Shown one piece after another: positions 31,606-49,009 of a DNA stretch of 64,000 bases. Below the pieces are notes generated by a model. That model was given only the letters and a program-made list of their open reading frames with translations. It had not been told where the DNA came from and ran no database searches. Made by a program: the position numbers and the translations under genes. Positions within the stretch are counted from its first letter, which is position 1; every line of letters starts with the position of its first letter. Origin of the DNA: the human T2T-CHM13v2.0 reference genome, Homo sapiens; assembly GCF_009914755.1 (NCBI RefSeq), contig NC_060931.1. The stretch is one strand, 5' to 3'.

Positions 31606-32963
31606 CTAGAGGCGCTTGGTACTCACCTCCTCCACAAAGAAGGACCAGAATAGCAAGTAGATAACCACACCTCGAAAAGAGCATCTAAGAGACAATATGG
31701 GATTTTTGGCAGGGAAGTGATTGGGAATGTCTAAGACACAGAAGGAGAGGGGAAAGGTAAGTGAGAGGTCCCCAGTGGCCCACATCCCCACCACTGACAC
31801 CTGCAACCCTACCCCCAGAAGAGTCCCTCAGCTCTCACAAGCCCTAAGCCTGGTACAGGAGGCTTTCTGGAATCCACATGACTAACCGTTCCAGAGAGAG
31901 AATTCACACTGGGTCCCACTCACACCAGGAGCCCCAAGCAACTACATCACAGCACCGTATTGAGCTCAACCCCCACCAGACTGCATCCTGCCCTGGAGCC
32001 CAATAGCCCCTGCATCTCCACATCCCTGGAGCCCTGCTGGCATCCCCCATGTTCTTCCAGAAGGCTGTAGCAGCACAACGCCAGCCAGACCCAGTGATGT
32101 GGCCAGGTCCCCAGCACTCTAGTCCACCCCATGTCCTATACCTTGGGAAACAGATGGCCAACACACCAAGATGACTACTCCCAGGACAAAAAGAGCCAAA
32201 ACATGTGTTCTCCAAAGCCTGGGAGCTACCTGCCTAGGGCCATAGTCACCGGTAGCAACCCCTGGCAGGGCCGCCAATGTACCTGCATACACCTTCAGGT
32301 GCCCTGAAAACGTGGTTTCTCTGGGCATGAAGATGTGTCTGCCCATCTGCACACACTGTCCAGGAGCCTGGGGATCAACCCACTCCACCTGTCACCGCCC
32401 ACTGTCACCAACTGCATGTCTCCCAGGGGCCTGAGGATTGGTCCACTGCCACTACTGCTAGAGCCAGCGCCATGGCACACTGCCTGGGGCCTAAGAACCC
32501 ACAGGCCCAGCCCATGACTGCCACCACTATTGCATGAGCATGCCACCTGGAGGCCCAAAGACTGGCCCGACCAGGACCCCACAGCCACTACTGGCATCTT
32601 TGTCTGCCATCCAGGGCCATGCTGCCACCACCACTGACTGGCGCCTTACAAATGATTGGGCTGATATCCCCTTCCCAGCAAAGCCCTACCACAGCCTCCA
32701 CTAACAACCACAGCCTATGCCACTGAGAGGAACTCTCACACACCACTGACATTGATTACAATCCAAAAAGTCATAAAAAGACTACACTGCTGCACCCACC
32801 CAGAACTACTACCCAACCAACAGTATAAATACATCTACAGGAAAAAGTCTTTGCCTCTGAAAGCTAATCCATAAAATTGGAAGAAGGGATCATTAAACCA
32901 GGTGTAAGATATCAATGATAAGGACACAAGAATGATGAGGAAGCAAGAAAGCATGATACCTCT

Positions 32964-33548
32964 TGTGTTAGTCCATTTGCACCACTATAAAAGAATACTT
33001 AGCCGGGCTCAGTGGCTCATGCCTATAATCCCAGCACTTTGGGAAGCTGAGGCATGAGAGTCGCTTCAACCTGGGAGGTGGAGTTTGCAGTGAGCTGAGA
33101 TCGAGATCGCGCCACTGCACTCCAGCCTGGGTGACAGAGCAACTCTGTCTCAAAAAAAAAAAGAAAAAAGAGAATACCTAAAGCTGGGTAATTTATGAAG
33201 AAAAGAGGTTTAATTAGCTCACAGTTTTGCAGGGTGTACAGGAAGCATGGTGCTGCGACCTGCTTCTGGTGAGGCCTCAGGAGGCATACACTCATGGTGG
33301 AAGGTGAAGGGGGAGCAGGTGCATCACATGGTGAGAGTGGGAGCAAGAGCAAAGGAGGAGAAAGGTGCCACACACTTTTACACAACCAGGTCTTGCAAGA
33401 ACTCACTCGCTATCACAAGGACAGCACCAACTCATTCCTGAGGGATCTGTCTCCATGACCTAAACACCTTCCACCAGGCCCCACCTCCAACATTGGGGAT
33501 CACATTTCAACATGAGATTTGGAGGGGACAAACAACCAAACAATATCT
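32964..33548 (-). mobile_element. MaLR solo LTR (MSTA/MSTB-like) containing an Alu monomer
   Basis: Begins TGTGTTAGTCC with a typical MST body. 5-bp TSD CCTCT/CCTCC. Interrupts L1 ORF1 start. Confidence 0.8.
33001..33170 (+). mobile_element. Recombinant Alu monomer (left-arm head fused to right arm)
   Basis: CCCAGCACTTTGGGAAGCTGAGGCATGAGAGTCGCTT; TSD AGAATAC. Confidence 0.8.
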
Positions 33549-34513
33549 CCTCCAAAGGAAAATCGTAATTCTCCAGTAAAAGATCTCAAAGAAAAGGAAA
33601 TTTATGAAATGCCTGAAAAGAATTCAAAATAATGATCTTGGGGAAACTCAGTGGATTATAACACAGATCAACAATACAAAGATACAGATATCCTAAAATA
33701 GAACCAAATCAGAAATCTTGGAACAGAAGAATTTAATGAATGAAATAAAAAATAAAATCAAGAGCTTCAACACGAGATTAGAGTGGAAGAAAGAACTTCT
33801 GAACTTGAAGACAAGGCTTTTGAAACAACTCAGATTTTTTTAAAAAAGATAATTTAAAAGTATATAGAAAGCCTATGTGACATGCAGGACACCATAAAGC
33901 AAACATATATTTGAATTTCAGGAGTTCCAGAAAGAGAAGAAATGGACAAAGGTATAAAAAACCTATTTAATAAAATAATAGTTTAAAATTTCTCCAAGTC
34001 TTGAGAGAGAGATATAGATAACCAGATACAGTAGGCTCAAAGATCCCCACATATATTCAATCCAAGAAGGTCTTCTCTAAGGCACACTATAGTCAAGCTG
34101 TCAAAAGTGAAAGAGAATTCTAAAAACAACAAGTGTCAAGTCATATATAAGGGAATCTCCATTAGACTAAGAGCAAATTTCTTAGCAGAACCCTTATAGA
34201 ACAGGAGAGAATGGGATGATACAATCAAAGTACTGAAAGAAAAAAACTGCTTATCTAAAATACTACATCCAGCAAAACTATCCTTCAGAAATGAAGGAGA
34301 AATAAAGTCTTTCCCAGACTAGTAAAAACAGATAATTCTTCACCACTAGACTGACTGTACAAGAAATGTTTAAGGGAGTCCTATATCTGGAAGTGAAAGA
34401 ATATCTACCATCATAAAACTGTTCCAAAATACAAGTTTATTGAAAAATAAAAGTATGCTCAACTGTTTATAATCACAGACAAATGGAAGTAACCATCACA
34501 AAGTCGTTAAATG

Positions 34514-34812
34514 GGCCAGGAGCGGTGGCTCGCACCTGTAATCCCAGCACTTTGGGAGGCCAAGGCAGGTGGATCATGAGGTCAGGAGATCAAGACCATC
34601 CTGGCTAACACAGTGAAACCCCGTCTCTACTAAAAAAATACAAAAAAATTAGCCAGGTGTGGTGGCGGGCGCCTGTAGTCCCAGCTACTTGGGAGGCTGA
34701 GAATGGTGTGAACCCACGAGGTGGAACTTGCAGTAAGCTGAGATCGCGCCACTGCGCTCCAGCCTGGGTGACAGAGCGAGACTCCGTCTCAATAAAAAAA
34801 AAAAAAAAGAAA
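34514..34812 (+). mobile_element. AluY/Sc
   Basis: TSD AAAGTC(G/A)TTAAA. Confidence 0.9.
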
Positions 34813-35194
34813 GTCATTAAAATGAATGACATATCCATGGAATAAAATGCAACTAATTAAACACTGAGGTAAAACTGCTTGTATACAAAGAGGTAAAACA
34901 CATTAAAAATATTGTTACACAAACAAAAAAAGCAACTTGTAGGCAGTATGCAAAGCACGATCCAATTTGTACTTTAAAAATTCAAGTATAGTTAGTATAA
35001 ACTAAACACGTCAATAAAGATGGTTTCTAAATTATAAATAGATACTCCTTCTAGGGAATGAAACTTAAGCGGGAAGGAAATGGGGGTCCAACCAGGGTGG
35101 TTTTCATTTTTATATTTCTGTATATTTTATGAGAGCAAATTTGATAAAGTAATTATTTTCCTTAAAAAGAAACTACATTATACATATAGCATGA

Positions 35195-35561
<367 letters not shown>

Positions 35562-35802
35562 TAAACATAAGATTTAAAAAGCATGCATTCAGCATGTATT
35601 ACCTTAATCATTAGGAAGAAAGCCCAAGAAACCTAATATAAACATCATCTAGCAACTGTGAAGGCTGGGGCTAAATGTGACAAGAACAGAAAAATGACCT
35701 CCCACCCCCGGTGTGGTGTGACTGGAGAACTACACAGCTGGAGCTAGCAAGGAGGAAGGCAGGCTTCAGAACAGAGACAATAAGCTCAGTTGTGTTCCTT
35801 TA

Positions 35803-36176
<374 letters not shown>

Positions 36177-36479
36177 TCAAAATACGGAAACAGAACCTAG
36201 GTGTGCAAACCGGGTGGCGGGGTGAGGGAGGATACAATGATATGCTCAAGCAAGATTGTCAAAAGACGAGGGGAAGATGCCAGCAAAGAAGAAAAAAACA
36301 ATGAGAGCAAAATCTTCTAAAACCCCCAAAGGAGAGAGTTTCAAGAGGCAACTGATGGTGAGCAAGGTGAAACAGCACTGCATTCAGGAGGATGAACGAG
36401 GAAGCCGTTATAGATATGGCAATTCATGAGTAAAGCCTTAGCAGAGCAGTTTCCGAGTATCCTAATGGTGAGTCTAATC

Positions 36480-37035
<556 letters not shown>

Positions 37036-37381
37036 CACACCAGTCTCTACCATTTCTGTTGAGAAAGAACTACTTTCAGATTCTGCCATCCGACACAATG
37101 ATTCTTGTTTGAACACCAGTTTCCCGTTTGCAAAATCCTGCTACTGCTTATAGATATATTCCTCTATGTATTTTCCTTAACTGTGAAGATTTAAATGAAA
37201 ATATATAAGAATTCTGAATCACTCCTAAAGGAGACATTAGGAAAGAGAAAGACCTAGGTATTGGTAAGAGAGAAAGGGATATAAAATAAAAGGCAGAGCA
37301 GTAGAAGGTTCTGGATTACAGTCACAAGTAAGAATTAAAAGACAAAACAAACCCAGGCCTTAAAAATGCACTTTAGAATTA

Positions 37382-37721
<340 letters not shown>

Positions 37722-38962
37722 TCAGCTGAATAATTGGAGCAGCTCTGCTGAATTCTAGGGAGGTCTGGTGTAAAGTTACCGTGGGTGCACTATAGGTAAC
37801 TAATGTGTTAGAAACTAAGTTTCAAATAGGATATGTTAAATGGATTAAATAAAATTTACCCACAGGTTTTTAATTTCAAGCACGAAATTCTCTGGGTTTC
37901 TTGAGCCCAGTGGACCCTGAAAGTCAACAGCTCAGTCATGGGTCAGACAGGGGGGAAAAAAAAGACAAGGCCTGTATTTACTATGCACAAACACAGGACA
38001 AAACAAATTTATAATTATCACGTGGATGCTGTAGGAGAATCTGAAATTTTAGTTGCAAGAAAGAAACAGAAAAGTAGAAATTCATTGAATAGTACTCATT
38101 ACTAATTAAAGGTGTATAAAATGTTACTAATATTCTCTATTCAACATTATTTCCTTGGTCCTTTTACTAAATGAACATAATATTTAGAAGGGTTTTCACT
38201 GATTGCTACAATTCCCAACTTTGATTTAAATTTTGCTTTAAAGAGCTTAATTCTTCAAACTTGACTTCCCCTATCACACAGATGTTGTAGGATATAATCT
38301 TTGTGTTTGATAATGAAATGACTGTATTCAAACTGCACCTCCACTAAGAGATGGGCAGGTGGTAGTTTTTTTGTTTTGGGTTTTGTTTTGTTTTCCTGAT
38401 CTGAGAATGACACCAAAGGTGGTAGGTTTGTGTTTGTTGTGGACTCTGCTTCTCTACTTCCCTATTTCCCTTTCAGAGATTATGAGGAAGTTCTAGAAAA
38501 CTAGGCAGTCTCTAGCTTTCCTCTAATCCCTGTCCTCAGTCCTACCAAACCCAAAAAATGGCAACCAGAGTCCAAAAAGAATCACTGCCTTTACGCTAGG
38601 AGGAATGGTGAAGACATGGTCATGTCATAATGGGTTATAAACAGACAAATGGACCTACAACCTGGGAATTCTCCAGTGTTTTTCAGGGTCTACCAGATAT
38701 TTTCAAAGAACATAAAGGCAAAAGATGGTAATTTGCTTTCATAAGCCAGGAGAAGAAAAGAAGGGAAATGTGCTTTCTGGTGATATAAATCTTTAAATAG
38801 TTAGCTTTGAAAGTCAATGGAGTCAACAGATAACAGTGAACAAAAATAAAATGAAGTGTTCCTTCAGCCACTGGACCAGGTCGGGGTCTCCCCACATCTC
38901 GTGATGTGGTTCACGTGTTAGGAGGAGAAATGAATGATGATATATCCCTTCAGGTTTTTAAT

Positions 38963-38964
<2 letters not shown>

Positions 38965-39016
<52 letters not shown>
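38965..39016. repeat. (AGAT)13 tetranucleotide STR
   Basis: 13 perfect units. Confidence 0.95.
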
Positions 39017-39018
<2 letters not shown>

Positions 39019-40016
39019 ATTTTTTTCCTTTTTTCACAAGCTCCAAAGCTAGAAAAATATCACATCAGAAAGATTCTAAAACTGGTAGAGAAAAAGCTAA
39101 CAAACTCTAAGAGCTGCTCAAATTTTATTTACATGATTTTTAACATTTCTAACAGGCAAAACACATTTTTCCCCCCAGTGTGTGGAAGGGAAGGTGCAAA
39201 TGGCTGAATATAAATGGTATTTATTTCAATCCAATATCTCAGACTATGAAGGAACTAATGGCATAATTTTTTTTATTCCTATGAAAGTGGCAAATGAGTT
39301 TTTGCCATGTACATGAGTTTCTTATGGACCCACATCAGAAGAGCAAGCCATCTTCACACTGCCATAAATCAAATAGAACCCATATAGTTTCTATTATCTT
39401 CATTTCCCAAATGCACTAATAAAGGTTTTCAAATGTCAACTTGAGAAAGTGCTTCCTTCTTTCTAGTTTCAATGAGCAAAAGAAATTAGCTTCTGATCAT
39501 TCTTTTTTATTTCCCTTTCCTGTAAATTCTTTTTTTCATAAATCAAACATGATGATTCTCATAAAAAGGTTCAACTCTAATCTCCAAAATGGCAATAGCC
39601 AGGCTAAAAATTTTTAAACAAGTGGTGAGATGAATGGCCGTGAATGATTCCATTTAGAAGAAATTAAGGAGGATGAAATCTACTTGGTAATGGGGTAAAA
39701 TGCCACTGGTCTCTTAGTCAAGGCGGGGGGTTGTGGGGGGGGTGGCGGCACGATGACTTCTTTGTTATCTGTTTGTGGCAATGGGTCACCATCATTTTAA
39801 ATCCCAAACCACTTTTGATAAACATGAAAATGTTCCTTCAATGCTATTTGAAATTTCAAAGTAAATATCATTAAAAACAAATTGAAAGCAATGGTTATTT
39901 TTTAAAATGTCAGTTCAAACCACCCGGGTGCTCTTGGAGTGCCCCCTCCCCCAGTTCTCTGCTAGGTGAAAATCCATGATCTATGTGACCTAAAACAAAT
40001 AAAAATCACTTTCAAA

Positions 40017-40327
<311 letters not shown>

Positions 40328-40974
40328 TCACTTTCAAGTAAACCTTGTTAAGTGACCTTAGTTCCAACTTGGAGTCTCGGACTCATGTTAATTTTTTTTT
40401 TAATCTTACGACACTCTGTTGAACGAGTACAAACCATTTACACATATATCACAATAACTCAAGAATCCTGAGAAACAGGTGAAACCATTATTCTAGATAT
40501 TAGAAATAAAATGTATCTCTACTGAGATATATAAACATCAACTCTCTTACATCTTCTTTTCTACCTACGTGTCCATGTTCAAGTCTCCCCACTTCAAACC
40601 AACAGACCAACAACCCTCCCCTCAAAGCACCCCCACAAACCCCAAAGCCTTCTGTGACCCTTCCTCCCAAGATGACCATCTATTCTCTTTCTTGCCAAAC
40701 ATTATGACAATCTGCCGTCCATCTCCACCAAACCATTGAGATTACTTTGGTAACAGGCATCAATAATCTCCGATTTGTCAAATATTTGGGTTTCTTTTTT
40801 TTTTCCAAATTAATTTATTTTTTCTTTTACCTTGATTCTTTCCTTCTTCCTAATTTCCATAGGCTTATTTTGCTGTTTCTTAGATTTAATGCTTAGCTTA
40901 CTGAGGTAACTAGTAGATGACTAGTTGCCCACCAATCCCTATTCTCCCCTTTGTCCTTATAAGCAAAGTACCTT

Positions 40975-41308
40975 GCAGACATAAAAAAGAACAAGATCAT
41001 GTCCTCTGCAGGGCCATTATCCTTAGCAAACTAACACAGGAATGGAAAACCAAATACCACATGCTCTCACTTATAAGTGGGAGCTAAATGATGAGAACAC
41101 ATGGACACATAGAGAGGAACAACACACACTGGGGCCTATCACAGAGTGGAGAATGGGAGGAAGGAGAGGATCAGGAAAAAAACAAATGGGTAGCAGGCTT
41201 AATACCTGGATGATGAGATAATCTGTACAACGAATTCCCACGACACAAGTTTATCTATGTAACCAATGTGCATATATACCTTTGAACTTAAGAGTTTAAA
41301 AAAAAAAT
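40975..41308 (+). mobile_element. L1PA-type 3' end with poly(A)
   Basis: CAAACTAACACAGG..GAAAACCAAATACCACATG.TCTCACTTATAAGTGGGAGCTAAATGATGAGAACACATGGACAC. Confidence 0.85.
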
Positions 41309-41334
41309 ACAGAGCATGCTTGAGCTACTTGGTC

Positions 41335-41630
41335 ACAGCAATATATGATCTATGGGGGATTGGTTCCAGGAACCTCATGGACGGCAAAATCCATGGATGC
41401 TCCAGTTTCTTATATAAAATGATGTCATATTTGCATTTAATCTATGCACATTCTCCAATATACTTTAAATAATCTCTAGATTACTTACAATAGCTAATAC
41501 AATGTAAACGCTAGGTAGTCTTTACACTGTATTTTTTTATTGTTGTATTGTTATTTTTTTCTGAATATTTTCAATGTGTGGTTGGTTGAATCTGCAAGGA
41601 CACAGCCTGTGGATACAGAGGGCCGACTCT
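41335..41630. mobile_element. MER2 (Tigger-derived DNA transposon)
   Basis: GGGGATTGGTTCCAGGA...AATCTCTAGATTACTTA.AATA.CTAATACAATGTAAA...GGATACAGAGGGCCGACT. Confidence 0.75.
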
Positions 41631-42639
41631 GCTCTGCTAAAAGAACCTATTTCCCAGTCTCCCTCTAGCAAGGGGTGGCTAAGACACCTAGTTCTGTCTA
41701 ACAAGATGTAAATGGAAGAGTTATGCAAATAATTTTAAAAGAAAGAAGATGTGCCCTTCTTGTACACATCTTTGTATTGTCTACTCAAAATGAAGGCTGG
41801 AATGCCAACATGATGGCTGGAGCTCTAGCAACCATTATGAACCATGAAGTAAACTGCAGAATGAAAGTCGTCTGTTCAATGTCAAAGAAGACAGGAATCT
41901 GAGTCTCTGATGACACTGAGAAGCCACTGTATCAACCTCTGGTTCACCTACAATCAGGCTTCTGTGACATTAGGAGAAAAGATATTTCTAATTTGATTAA
42001 CCCACCATCTGGGGATGTTATATGCAGCTGATCTGAATCCCAAGTGATATAATTCATGTTTGGTCCAATTCTGAATATTGTTATATAATATTCTTATTTT
42101 CACTATCTTACAAGTACCTGTAATTGTAGTTTTGAATTCCCTTTCACTTAATGAAAATTAAAAGTGATTCTTCTGAATTACCAAGTGGTTGCGCTTTGTT
42201 TACACTTTTGTTGGTCTTGCTCCATTGTGTTCAGTGGCAGTAGCCTATGTTATATTTTTGTTTATTTTTTGTCTCTCCTATCAGAAAACAGGGGCCTTAT
42301 CTGCCTATTTGCTTGTCCTCAGAAGCTAGAAGAATCTTTACCAGATATTAAGCACTCAATAAATATTTGTTGAGTGAATGAATACAGTTTGGACAGTTCA
42401 GATCTTTTTAACATTTGTTTATGGTCTAGTATATTAAATGTTATGCAAACATAAGAAGGCATCATAAAAATAAAAATACAAGGGAAAATGGGTAAGTACT
42501 GGAGGAAGGCAATCTATCACTATGAAGAAATAGAGCAAGATTCTATCACAGGATGGAAAACTACTTATGTTACAAAGGAGATAAAGTTATGCACATAGTA
42601 TGATTATAACTATGAACCCCAAACTTAAACTTACATCTA

Positions 42640-43005
<366 letters not shown>

Positions 43006-43291
43006 CTAAATACTATAAATTTGAAAAATGCTACTTGAAATACAGTGGGCAGCAGGAAGGCATTCAGAAAAAAATGACCATAGGAAATATATACCCAATA
43101 CATTTAAAGAACCACCATATCACTGGCTGATCTAAGATGATGAAACAATAGTAACACAGGAATCTCCTAGTTGAGAGCACCAACCTGTTCCTGAAAATGC
43201 TAAATGAAGCATATTTCACACTATTTTAATTGGGAAAAATTAAAATGTGTTACACATCAACTCAAAATCTCCAGTTTTTAAAAATGAAACC

Positions 43292-43600
43292 AGTCGGGCG
43301 CGGTGGCTCACACCTGTAACCCCAGCACTTTGGGAGACCGAGGCGGGTGGATCACGAGGTCAGGAGATCAAGACCATCCTGGCTAACACAGTGAAACCCC
43401 ATCTCTACTAAAAATACAAAAAAATTAGCCAGGCGTGGTGGCAGGCGCCTGTAGTCCCAGCTACTCAGGAGGCTGAGGCAGGAGAATGGCATGAACCTGG
43501 GAGGCGGAGCTTGCAGTGAGCCGAGATCGCGCCACTGCACTCCAGACTGGGAGAGAGAGCGAGACTCCGTCTCAAAAAAAAAAAAAAAAAAAAAAAAAAA
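43292..43600 (+). mobile_element. AluY
   Basis: AluY diagnostics; long A-tail. Confidence 0.9.
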
Positions 43601-43981
43601 GAAACTAAAACAGGGTAAAATGCCCATATGTACAATAACCATTGTATTGGTCTGTAAAATATGTAGAAGACTGCTAACAACTGAAAACAAAAAAACAAGA
43701 TTCACATCAACTGCTCAGGATGGGAAAGTGGCCTCTCTCAGTGCCAGCACCAGCAAGAAGCAAATTAGTAGGCCTTTCAAATCACCCACATCTGACTCTC
43801 ATCATTGACTGATTATATTTGGAGCTGGCATTCTGGATTTTTCCTGCACATGTTTTTGTTTAAAATGCTGTATTAGTTTTTGGAAATAAATATAAATGTT
43901 GCCTTTGTAAGTATCAATTTAAAACGTTGTATTGAAAGACTGCTGTGCTGTAGGAAGTTTGGATATTAAAAACAAAGAGGA

Positions 43982-44282
43982 GGCCAGGCGCAGTGGCTCA
44001 CGCCTGCAATCTCAGCACTTTGGGAGGCCAACCCGGGCAGATAGCTTCAGCTCAGAGTTCTAGAAGAGGCTGGGCAACACGGCAAAACCCTGTCTCTATA
44101 AAAAATACAAAAATTAGCCAGGTGTGGTGACACAGGCCTGTAGTCCCAGCTACTCGGAAGGCTGAGACAGGAGGATCGCTTGAGCCGGGAGGTGGAGGCT
44201 GCAGTGAGCTGAGATCATGCCACTGCACTCCAGCCTGGGTGGCAGAGCAAGACTCCAGCTCAAAAAAACAAAACAAAACAAA
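43982..44282 (+). mobile_element. AluJ
   Basis: TSD AAACAAAGAG. Confidence 0.85.
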
Positions 44283-45679
44283 GAGATGTTGTAGTGGAAA
44301 ACCAGCAACACAAAGAGGTGACCTGTAGGGTATGCCTGTATTTGGAAGAGATGTCTGTTCCTATACTCTTCAGGCAATCTGATGATATATGAATCAAAAG
44401 TCAAAGGGTAGAGGAAATTCTATTCCCTTGTGGCTAGCCAGATCTTTAAAACCATTTTTCTTATTTTTTAGGTAGTTGTGTGTCACTACTATTCAAGCCA
44501 TAATTTACTCAAGGTTGACCTTAACACAGCTAGTGTCACATAAAAGATACTTTCTCAAATGAAAAAAGTCTTTAAGTCACCCTCCCATGACACACACTAC
44601 CCATGTATTTGGTCATCTAGGCCTCGGAGTCCTAGAAATGTCTACTGAATTAATGATCCACTGCTACATTAATGACCTACATAAAATTTCATTAAACTTT
44701 TAAAGATAAAATACAAATTGTTTTTCTGTAATGTTATCATAGATTTTGTTTGTTTTCAGTGGAAACTGGAAAACAGGAGAAAATGTCATCCATGACTCAA
44801 TACTTATACACTATTATAGATGTTTTTGTTCAACCGTTTTTAAGTCAAAAAAGTAGCTAATTAGCATATATATCAAAAAATGCTTTCTCAGCTTCTGTCA
44901 AATGATTACTTGAATGTTTTTAGAATCACAGAATTATTTAAACAGCCTTTTAAAAGCTCTCTCAGTGTGCTAGGCACTATCAGCTTGTGGACAGCTAGAT
45001 CGTTAAGACCATTTCCCATTTTTGGAGTAGTGTAGATTTGTTTTTTAACATGAAGGCTGAGAAAACTCCTTCTCAACACCCCAGCTTATCCACTGTCATT
45101 CCACTCCCCATCCGACCCCATGCTCTTGGACTCTGGTGGAACTGAACTGCTCCACAAGCCACACGTGCTTTCCCAAATCGCCAAACTCTGCCTGCTTCCA
45201 CAAACAGGAAGGCTCTTTAGTAATCAGTGGTGGCTCTTAAGGAACACAGAGCAGCTGGAGGTCAGAGTGGAGGGAAAGCTTACTTCTAACTCCCTATCAG
45301 TCTGTGACATTTTAAGTTTATGCCAGATGAATAAAGTATGCATTAAATAACGCTAGGTTTTAAGTCTCAGTTCCGCTATCACTTCTTGCAGAATGCCTTT
45401 TCTGATGTCAATGTCAGCATCTCTCCTCATGCTCCTTGTAGCCTAGCACTTGTCACCAAGTCCTGAAACTATCTGTCTCCCACACAAACAATTCCTCTAA
45501 GGCAAAGACCACATCCCAGTTGTAACTATATCCCCCTGCCTAGCACAGAACTTGAAATATACTACACACAAAGCAAGAGTTGGTGGAAATTATTATAGTA
45601 TAAACAAAGTCTCCAAAATATTGACAGTCATTTATACACAAAAATTATTCTAAGAGGCAAACAACCACTATTTAATTTT

Positions 45680-45997
<318 letters not shown>

Positions 45998-46034
45998 TAA
46001 TTCTGAACTAATTTTATTAATAATAGCACTGGCT

Positions 46035-46675
<641 letters not shown>

Positions 46676-46697
46676 GTAATAGCACTGACATTATTGA

Positions 46698-47029
<332 letters not shown>

Positions 47030-47180
47030 TCATGTGTTATCATTTAATTCCAATTAGGAAGTACTCTTAACCCCACTTTACAGTGAGGAAATAAAGACTT
47101 CACAGAGGTTCGGTGGTTTGGCCAAGGTTGCATAGCTATTATAGCATGGTGCCCTGGGAGTCAAACACTCGCATTCTGCT
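47030..47180 (-). mobile_element. MIR
   Basis: CCCCACTTTACAGTGAGGAAAT..AGACTT..AGAGGTT...GCCAAGGT. Confidence 0.65.
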
Positions 47181-48505
47181 CGCTTCCTGAGGAGTAGAAA
47201 GACCCCCATGGGCTTCCAGTGAAATATTTTGGCTAGACAAACACGAACTCTAAAAATGTCTGAACACTTCCAAAAGGCGGGGGAATAAATGGAGTATGAA
47301 AGGAAACACTCAGTGCTTTTCAGTAGCCACTGTACCAAATGGTGCTCAAACAACATATTCAAGTTGAGCCATTACTAGTCTAAGACTTGGAAAATTATTT
47401 TGCGTGTTGGTTAGAATATTTAGGGAAAATAAATATACACGATGTATTTTTATTTTTATGATGGCCTCTTAGGTTTGCATAAAGCTTAATATTCCAGTCT
47501 GTAAATAAATGTTAAAAAGAACTAAACTGCACAAACTGTATTGATTCACTCAGCAAATATTTATTGAACGTTTAATATCTGGTAAAAGTTCTTCTAGTTT
47601 CTGGGGACCAGTGACTAAGGCCAACAAGGGCCCTGTTCTCTGGTCAGAGAGACATAAAATAAATGAATAAACACTTATAGGCTATTTTTCCCCAGAAAAA
47701 TAACCTACAAAATAGAAAATACTAGCTTTCTAGGTTATTATTCCTTAGAAAAATGATCTTCTTAGGGGTGGCTTCTGACAGTTGTCCTTTTTAAAAATAA
47801 GTAACACTCAGAAAAGGTACAAGGAAGAATACAGCCAAAGGTCTCCCTCCACCCCCAGACACTTGGGTCAAAACCAATTCAATGTGTGGTTGAACCATAA
47901 CTTATTTTAACTGGCTCCTGACTGATGGATAGTTTGCTTCTAATCTTCTGCTATTAAAAATAATGTCACAATGAATAATCTTGTATATATTTTTCTTCAC
48001 ATGAATGTATGTCTCAGGGTAAATTACTAGATATGAACTGTTGACTCAAAGTGCACATTTTTATTTTAACAGCTACCATAAAAGTGACCTTCAAAGATGA
48101 AGCTGAAGCAATTTATAGTCTCACCAGGTGTATGAGAGTACTTACTTCTTCACTAATATTTTTATCTATATTTAAGGGCTGTGTGGATTTCATTAAAGGA
48201 TTTCTTTTCCTTATTTTTCTATTTTCTTATTTTCTATTGGCTTATAGGTCTTTATTTAATGATTGGCAGTAGTATTTTCAGTATGTTTAGGACATTTTAG
48301 TACCAACTTTAAACTTTTTTTAAAAGTGTACCAACTTTATTCACTTTATTAACTTTAATTTCTTTTAAAATTGTATTTAAAAAGTCTTTTTTTTTTTTCA
48401 GAACTATTCAATCTCAAAACACACCATTATGTAAGTGAGAAAAATTCAAGGAAAGAATAGGAGGCTGGATAAATATTTTATAAAGTCTAAAGGCAAAGAA
48501 CAAGG

Positions 48506-48866
48506 TGATATGGTTTGGCTGGGTCCCCACCCAAATCTCATCTTGAATTCCCACATGTTGTGGGGGGACCTGGTAGGAGGTAACTGAATCATGGGGCAAG
48601 TGTTTCCCATGCTGTTCTCGTGATAGTGAATAAGTCTCATGAGAGCTGATGGTTTGAAAAAGTGGGGTTCCCCTGCACAAGTTCTCTCATTTTTTTGCCT
48701 GCCACCATCCACGTAATAAGACGTGACTTGCTCCTCCTTGCCTTCCATCATGATTGGGAGGCTTCTCCAGCCATGTGGAACTGTAAGTCCCATTAAACCT
48801 CTTTGTTTTGTGAATTGCTCAGTCTCGGGTGTGTCTTTATCAGCAGCATGAAAATGGACTAATACC
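48506..48866 (+). mobile_element. THE1 (THE1A/B-like) MaLR solo LTR
   Basis: TGATATGGTTTGGCT...GGACTAATAC with TSD CAAGG (48501-48505/48867-48871). ATTAAA near 48793. Confidence 0.9.
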
Positions 48867-49002
48867 CAAGGGATTCTGTTCCTCTTACATTAACAGAGCA
48901 TGAAGCAAAATGATGATTCACAAAAAAAGATAATTTTAAGAGGGAAATCTTTTTTAAATATGGTGATCATTACAGTTTGAGGACCTGAATTTATTTGGGC
49001 AT

Positions 49003-49009
49003 ACACACA

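Larger units (their letters stand above)
40905..42050 (+). mobile_element. Old MLT1 LTR interrupted by an L1PA 3' end and MER2
   Basis: MLT1-like segments at ~40905-40970 and ~41640-42050 (GATGGCTGGAGCTC.AGCAACCAT..TGAACCATGA). Confidence 0.55.

Noticed and set aside
31904-32597. GC-rich ORF cluster resembling exons
   Set aside because: It lies in the repetitive 5'UTR of an old L1, is CpG-depleted, and encodes no recognisable protein.
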